This document shows positions 17,878-26,800 of a stretch of DNA of 64,000 bases, piece after piece. The notes under the pieces are model-generated. The model saw only the letters and a list, made by a program, of their open reading frames with translations. It did no database searches and was not told where the DNA came from. The stretch is from a virus. A program made the translations under genes and the position numbers. Each line of letters starts with the position of its first letter. Position 1 is the first letter of the stretch. The DNA is taken from the IMG/VR virus record IMGVR_UViG_3300033977_000049, positions 1 to 64,000 of that record. One strand, written 5' to 3'.

Positions 17878-20800
17878 TTACTCTTCTTCCCAAGGCCTTG
17901 ATCCGGGGAACGTCCTAAGAATCCATTGATAAGTTGGATCTGCTTTTCTTTCAGCCGGGGTCATTTTCTTTAATGCCTTCGTCTGGTAAGCCTTTTTCTT
18001 TTGTAGCATTAAGGCCGAAAGAGATGTTTTTTCAGAACTAGTCATTAAATCCCACACTTGTAAAAAATCCGGCATGGCTAGCCTACTACATCTGAGATAT
18101 AGCCTAGCTAATGCCGGGTCCATACCTCCTGTAGTTCTAATTTCTTTTACAATACGCTTAGCTTCATCAAGCGGAATCTGCCCATCTTCAACCATTTGAT
18201 GTAAATCTTGTTGGCTTATTTCGCCCTTACGAAGTTGATCTTCATATTCCAACATTAATTGATGTTTGCGAAGGGCGGCTTCATCCACTGGACCTTCTTC
18301 AGTTCTATTAGTAGCTAATTGTATGGCCTTACTTTCAGCCTCAGATCTTAATGGAGTAGGAATAATTCCAGCACCCCTTAATCCCTGTTGCCAACTAGGA
18401 ATTTCGGCAGGCATTTCACCCGCTGCGGATTTGCCTATATATTGCAGTGAAATGGGCATAACATTACGGACCACATCCATAGTTTGCTGCCATGGGGTTA
18501 ATTTTCTGCCTAAAGCATCTCTGCCACTATATAAGCTGGTAGCCATGCGCATAGTAGGACTTGCCCGACCACGCATAAAGCCAACCGGATCATCAGCCAT
18601 ATGAAACATATCGCCCGGCAAGGTCCGCATACTCCAAACTTTTTTATGGCCTTCTTTATCTTCTGTAACTATGCCAAATGGAGCTTCTGGATGCGCCTGT
18701 CCGTTATTTACAAGCATATTGACGGCCCTAGCGGTTACCCACATTGCGCCTACAAAATAAGCCATATCGCGGCGTAATAATTTCCCCCCGGTGGGATCGA
18801 ATAATCTTTTGACTAAGCGGACTTCAGATTCCAGCCAATCTGGAGCTAGAGTAACCAAGCGGAACCAATCTTGAGTACCAACAGATCTTCCCATATCTCG
18901 GTAATTCAATCCACCAAATCTTTCATTGGTTTCGATAGCCGCTGCCCTTGCCGCTGCCCTGATTGGATCAAGGCCAGAAAAATCAGGATGGGCCTGTAAA
19001 TATCGCTCATATAATTTTGGATCTTTGGCAAATCTTTCTCGCCATTCCCCAAATAATTTTTTCCCCACCATGGCTTTAAGGCTAGGCATTAATCTTTCAA
19101 AAGTAAATTCTTGTAGCCAATTTTGCGCATCGCGTATTCCAGGCATTTTTCTTAACAATATACTTTTAGTCCCGCTAGCCGATAATCCTTCGCTAAAGTC
19201 TGATTCTGCCTGGAATCGATGGCCTAATGTCATTGACTGTTCAACTAACATAGCTAGGTCTGGATCTGTTTTTAAATCCCACTTAACTAGTCTTGGTATT
19301 ACACCACTCATAAGGGAACGCAATCCAAGTTGACTGATATGAAAGGGTGATAATGATAATAGAATTTGTTTAAATTGTGTTCCTAATCCTAATACAGCCC
19401 GGCCAACAGCGCTTCCGCGCAGCGGAGATTGTTCGAGTCCTAATCTGCGAGTCACATATTGATAAACATCGGGATGAACCCTTACATCACCCTTAACTAA
19501 GACTGGAGTTCCATCAGGCGCATAAGCAGCCCAATTCCAATGCCTAAAGGCTGGATGGTCAATGGTCATGTAATCATGTGTATTATAGAGATATATTGGA
19601 TCGCCTTTTGGACGCTGAAGCGTGGCATCTAAAGGATCTTTAGGCGGTGGATTATCTGGTACTCCGGTTAATCTTTGTGTCTTATCTTCTATGGCGGGAG
19701 GCAATGCCATTTCTTCTCCGGATATAGGCCCACCCTTTTCTTGAAGTAATATATTTTCTTTATTGGCCCTATTTATTAATTTCCTTGTAATATCTTTTAT
19801 AGTACCATGATAATGATTATATTGCCTATCCTCCCATTCTTCTAGTGGTATTTCTCTTAAAACAGATATATATATATCTGAATTATCTGGAGATGCCGGT
19901 AGTCTATTTAAAGTATCTAGAGCGGATTGATAACTAGATGTTTCAATGTTCCATTGTTTATAATCGGGTGCATTATCTGATTTCCAAGATCTAATTCTAA
20001 TATAACCCCTGTCTATTGCTTTATTGCTAGCCTCCTCTCCAGTTCCAAATCGTTCGGGTAATATATCTGGATGTTCAGATCCTTCTGGTAATTCTTTGAA
20101 TTTTCCAGATGGAGAAATCCATCCACTTCCGGTAATGGATTCTTGAATGCCCATTCTTTGAAATAGTAATTTAGGAGGTTTTGTTGGAAAATCCACAAAT
20201 CCCTTTGGTTCTTTATAGTTATACCGACCCGAATATCCTGCCGCCCTTAAAGCATTATCTACTCTATCTTGAACATATCTAGGATCGATCAATTCTACTC
20301 TGGCAAGTTCTCTGGCAATATATGCAAGATGGTTGGTATCATTATTAGCTGCTGTTTTTTGGATATTTTTTAAATCTTCGGGTCTGGATTTTTCAGCCAT
20401 TTTCAAAATATGCCTTAACGAATCTGCATAGATTTCTGGATCTTTTATAATAGCATCATTATGCCGAAGTCGCATTTGCCTAAACCATTCATTCATTGGC
20501 ATTGGATGATCCCATAGCAAGGCAGCGCCATCTTTTACAGCTTGATCCCGTTCATCCCATGCCGGAGATTCTTGAAATAAAGCTGTAGGATTAGAAGGTA
20601 TATTTTCTATAGATCGTGGAGTTGAATATGCTTCTGTATTTAATTCATTAGAAATCCTACCATGAATATTATGTTCACCCATCATGCCATATCGCAATGC
20701 TCGAATGGCATCAATAGGATCGCTAGTGATAAATGGTTTTGATTTGCCGCTGAAAATGCTGAACGATTCGGCATCTCCGAATCTTTCCTGGATGGCCCTA

Positions 20801-23800
20801 GCAATAGCATTTTTCGCGGCTATATCAAATTTCCCAGCTTCAAACCAATATCCATTTCCATTCTTGCCAAATTTTATAGCTCCCTTTTCCAAGGCGCTGT
20901 CAACTGTATCTCCCAATCCATATTTCAGCATGGATGATAATTTCAAATTTTGTTCGTGAGTGCTAAATTTTCTTATTGGAATTATATCGTTTCCAATAAT
21001 CCAACCCTGTTCATACGGCTTGCGCGTTATTGGCTTGGGGATTTCGGCTCTAAGGCGTAAGATACTGTCGGCTTTGGCTGCCCTGTTTTTTTCGAGATCG
21101 GTTCTGTAATCCTGGATGCGTGTGGCAATATCTTGCAAAGTCTTAATATCAGGTTTTTCAACTGAGCCTTCCTCGATTCTTGTGACTGCATCTTTTGCTG
21201 CGCGTTCTGCGTTCTCAATAACGCCTGGATCAATTCCTGCTCCTGTGAGGGCATCTCTTACCTCCTTATCGGTTGCTAAAAGTTCTACTAAATCTGTGGT
21301 CTGTGCTTTTAATTCTTTTTGCCATATATCCGGACTGGATTCCATTTGTTTAACAATAAAATCTAATGGCTTGCTACTCGCTGTATCCAATCCACTTAAT
21401 TCCGCTAGGGTTCTCATAAATATCCATACTGAGGCCTGCGCTTGTGATGGAGTCCAGTTTAAATCCTTGGCTATGTTTCTTAATTGAGCTTGATATAACA
21501 AATATTCATGAGGCCTGCCTTGATAATCAAACGGTTTTTGGCCCTTAAACAATTGCATCCATGTATCAATTGTAGCTCGATGGTTATTGCCCATTAAATT
21601 AGCGAAGAAGGCAGAAACTTTTGGCCCTGAAAGATCACTCCATTCCGATAGGGTTGACATAATATTGTCCGGGACTTTATATGGTCGTGGTTCTCCGGTG
21701 CGATAATCTCTATAATCATCATAATATTCAGAACCGGCTAGATCTGTTCCAATTTTTTGAGATTCAATTGCCCTGCCATGCGCTATATCAGTAATTGATT
21801 TTCTGTCCGCTGGCCTTCCTTTATCATTCCAATCTCCCCATATCTGCAAAGCCTGGATAAGGTCCGTTTTTACAGCCTTACGGGGAGAAATGGCAGCAAG
21901 TAATTTAGTAAAAATTGGAAAATCTTCCGGATTGAATATTTTTTGGAATCCAGCTAAATATCTATCATACCAGAAACGGCCTCCTGCGCCCACTAATGCG
22001 GCAGCTTTTAATTGTTCGGGCATTGCTTTATCGGCGGTATCTGCTGCCAAATATAATTTTTGATAATGCGGTGACAGTTTATTCCATTCCCATTGGTCAA
22101 TACCTGAAGGCGTGGGAGTCTGTTGTTTTCCATATCTTTCCGCTCCATGGGATTCATCAATTAAATCCTGGGCATGTTTATAAATCTCACCCATTGCATG
22201 ATGCAAGCGGGGATCTATTTCTTCGGCCAACTTTCTAGAATACAAGGCATATCTTTCCCTGGCTTCGTTGACGATTTTTTCTAAAGGCGAGGCGGATTCA
22301 TGCAAGGTGGTAATATCAATATCTGGGGCTAGTTGAAGTAAAAATTCCGCTCCTTTAGTTGCGGCAGCATGCAATTTGTCAGTACTTATAGCTGGAAGTC
22401 TACGTTTTAAAGATTCTGGCATGCTGTTAAGCATTTGGCTTGCCAATCCATAAAGCTTGCCAGCAAAATTTCTTAACATTGTAGTATCTGCCCAGCTTTT
22501 TTCTAGGGCATTTTCATCAAAATCAGCCTCGGATGCGGTGGTAAGTTTTTTGGCTAATTCAGTTCCCTCATATACTGCTGTGTTATAAATATTGGCATGG
22601 GAGATATTATCCGCATTCTTTTGCAACCAATCCACGGTACGAGCCATAGATTCGGCTGTTTCTCCCGGAAGTCCGATCATGATGTTGGGAATCAGGGCAA
22701 TATCCGCTTCCTTTAGCCTGGCGGCTGCCTTATCAATTAACTGCTCTGTAGCTGGTTTGTGCAATTCTTTCAATAGATCATTATTATAAGTTTCTACTCC
22801 GATTTCCGCAAAGCGGATACCAGATTTCTTTAACCAATCAATGGAAAATTTATTTGCTTGCGCGGCTGTGGTTTGTATAATGAATCCGCCAAAATCGGGA
22901 TTAATATCCTTGATGCGGTTATAAAGTTCCGGAAGCATTTCATAATTGGGAGCTTGCCCAAATGTTTTGTCGTTCAGATATACCAATCTCGAACCTAGCT
23001 TGCCAATAGCATCGGCCTGTTGATTAATAGCTTCTGGAGATGGCATTTCAATGCGTTTTTCTATCGTACAAAAGGCGCATTTATGTAGGCATCCAGTAGA
23101 CATGGTAAGGCGAGGAATAACATCCTGGCCAGATTCTTTGAAGTGGCGATAGTCCACGCCTTCTTTATACGGCACGCCCATGTCACGGGCTAGGCTTGCC
23201 ATATTATCATGCCATTTTACATTAGGTAAATCTTTAAAGAATTCCGCTCCACCGCTATATCCGCCAACATCTATATGGCCTTTATAGGCAGATGCTATAT
23301 TACGGATCATATCTCTATTAACATCTAGTGCTGAAAATGCTATTCTTCCATATCCGGCCTTACTCAAAAAATCTTTAGCTTCCGATAAACTACGGATCAC
23401 ATATGCATCAGCATCGGGAATAAAATTAGAAGCAAATCCCATCCACTGCGGAATCTCCCAAAAATCATCTAGGCGTTTATATCCCGGCCTGCTACCATCA
23501 TATAATTTATCATAATAACGGCTTTCCATAACCTCTTCCGGCAATCGAGGTTCGCTTGATTCTGGGTTAATTAGCTTATTGGATATTTGAACGAGCAATG
23601 TTCTATGAGCATTGCCGGTTTCTCGCGCTCCCTTGCCCGTGTCTACGGATCTACGTATCCAGGGGTTTCCGGTATCAGCAGATGCTTCCTTATAGGTATA
23701 ATTGGGATTGGAAATATCGCTTCCATCAATATTTAGAAGCTTTAGATCTGGCAACCCCTCCCTGGATCTTATTTCTTCGGCACTTAAAGGAATATTAGCT

Positions 23801-26800
23801 AAATCAATTGAATCTTTTCCTTGCAGGAGAGTATCATTTGGTCTAGCCAGCTTTCTCATTGCCTGTTTACGAAAACCAAATTCCGAATCGTTAGCTTCGG
23901 CAAGATTTCTATAAGCCAAATGTCCATAACCCTCTCGATCAACATTCCAGTCAATTCCAATAGGGCTATTAGGATGAGTTTTTAATCTAGTTAAGGCATC
24001 GGAAACTTGCTCAATTGTATTAGGATTGAGTCGCCCAAATTGAATACCTACAAATCCAGCATGTTGATCGCCTGGATTCATAATACGGATTAATCCTGCA
24101 TTAAATGCATCTTCATAGTCTGTATATCCATGCTCTGTCAACCATTCAGGATGCCCAAGGGGAACCGTTTCAGATCGGCCATCGGGAAAGATAAATGAAG
24201 ATCCCTCAACCGGGCCTAATATTATGCTAGGGCGCTTTCCTTTTATATCCACTCCAGCTTCTTCCCGAACTTTATCCTTCATTTGCAGGAGAACATTAAA
24301 TTGTTGCTGTTCAAATTTCCTGCCTTGTTCTTTTCTCATTTCCCCAAGGCGATCTTCGGGATTAGGCCATGCCGCGTCCCCTGGTTTTATACCGGTTCCA
24401 CCGGTGGAAATAAATGGATAATTTTTACCATCAAGATGTACGATTCCCTGCTGGTTATATTTTTTCCCCAGCATCATAGCTTGCCCTATATCCGGCACAG
24501 TTACACTAACTTCCATTATCCATTGTTTAGCATCTTTATCATACCAAACTCCTACGTTATTAGAAGGATCGCGCAATAATCCTATTATTTTAGGGCTAGC
24601 AATAAACCCCTGCACTTCTTTAGCAGTAGGTTTATGATCTAATTTAATTGTATATTCATTTTCGGGATAGATACTAACTGCATATTCTCCCGAAACTCCC
24701 ATATTACCGCGATATAAATTAAAGGTAGCTCCATTATTAGCCTGAACTAAATCAGAAATAGCTTCATGGGGATTTAATATTTCTTTTCTAGGTCTACCTA
24801 TGCGTCCGAATATTTCTTCAAGAAAAGGAGGTAGTGGGATCTTAAGCATTTGGGCAGATGGATTTCTTAGGCCATCATATATATCTCTCATCCACCGCTT
24901 GAACTTAGCAAATACCCCTGCCATTTCCGGTACATAAGTTCTACCGGTAATTAAATGAGATTCCAAAGCTCTTGCAGTTTTTTCTTCAGCATCAACAGTC
25001 CATGTTCCGTTTTTCACTCCAGCCCAATTTTCTAATATCCTTAAATCTTCTTCCGGTAGCCCTCTCCGGAAAACGTGGAACATTTCATGCACAAGCGTAC
25101 TAAAATCGGCCCCTTGCATAGCGCGTATAATCACCTTGCCATCATTCTGAAAATCGGCCATGCCTTTTACACCGGCCCATCTTTCTCTAGGTATGCCAGC
25201 AGCCCTTAAATGCTCTTCAGTCCCTCGTTCAAATCCTTCTAATCCTCTTTCCCTCCAATATTCTTCTAGTGACACCCCTCGCATGCGAGCAAAGGCGCGA
25301 GCCAAGGAAATTCCACCCTCCACTTGTTCATCTGTTAATCCCATTCCCCAGGCATCTTTAATTTGCTGTCTAAATTTATCTGTAACAGGTTCCAGTCCAA
25401 CCGTTTCTTGTAATAATGGCTTTTCTACTTTAGGAACCGCTTCTTCTGGGGGAGCTAATTTAGGAAATCTGACAACAATATCACCATTTTTAATGGCCTT
25501 ATCTAATGTTCCTTCTTTTCTCCTAGCTTCGATTTCCTTAGCGGCAATGCGAATATCTCTAATTCTACGTCCGTCAATCAAAAGAAATGGATTTTCACCA
25601 TTAGGCATTTCCACAACTTTTCCGGAACCGGAATAGGCTGCTATTGGCCTGCCATCTGAAGTTTTATTACCGCGATCAATCATATCGGCTACAAATTCAC
25701 GAGCCGCAATAGCCTCTCCCAAACGGGCTTTATAATTAGCCATTAATTCAATAGGATCGGTTATAAGAAGTTTTTTACCCAAAAGCATGCCCAGCACTGT
25801 ATCATCTATAATACGATGATTCAGCATGGAAATATTAGTATGAAATTCTGAATAGTTTCTTATTTCATGCACAAAACGATTAACTGCCTGATTATCGGTA
25901 TCTTTACCCCAAATACGAGTAATATAATCTTCGATAAAAGGTATGTGTATATCATGCAGGGCCGCATTTGCTAAATCCGCTGCAAATTCATTTTCAGACA
26001 ATTTTGCCAATTCCCGAATACGGGCAGTAGGATTAATTGATTTTTCATATATCTTGATTATTCTATCAATTTCTTCTGGAGTATATTTTGTTGATACTAA
26101 ACGACGCCCCGCAACCTCCAGTTTTCTTTTATCCATTTCTTCATGAATAGAAGTCAGGTCCGGCCTAATATCAGTCCGTCCCATTTCTAGCACAGGAATG
26201 TGTTCAAATCCTAAATCTTTATAGGCTTGCAAAGCATATCTTCCATTAACGCCAACAATATTACCTTCCGCATCTCGATAAATTTCAATCGGATCTATCG
26301 GCCTTCCCGCTCTAATGCGATGAATAACAGTATCAATATTCTTTTGGGCTTCTTCTCTAAGCTCTGGAGACATGCCTTGACGTATATCAAGGCTTCCAGA
26401 TGTTGCCATAAGCGTAGCATCAACAGATTTAAGAATAGGCTCTTGATTAGCCCTAGCGTTTGGATCGTAAATTTCAGCGCGGGGCCTTAATCTTTCTGTG
26501 TCTTCGGCGGTAGCCCTTCCAGCCGATTCTTTGAATAAACTTAAATCTCTCTGAAGAGCTTCTTTATCTTCTCCTCTATCCCTTAAAAGAAAGGCAGCAA
26601 ATCTATCTTCAGGATTTACATCTTTAAATGTTTTGTTTTTATCAGCCCTAAATAAATCCGCCGTTCGATTTACTTCGGTAACTTTTCTATCAAATTCACC
26701 ACCCATCTGTCGTGTTTTTTGAGCTTCCTCGCTAGGTATTAAATTTTGAATTCCAAATTTTTCTGCTAATGCTCCCACTTCTGGCCTTAAATGAGCGCGA

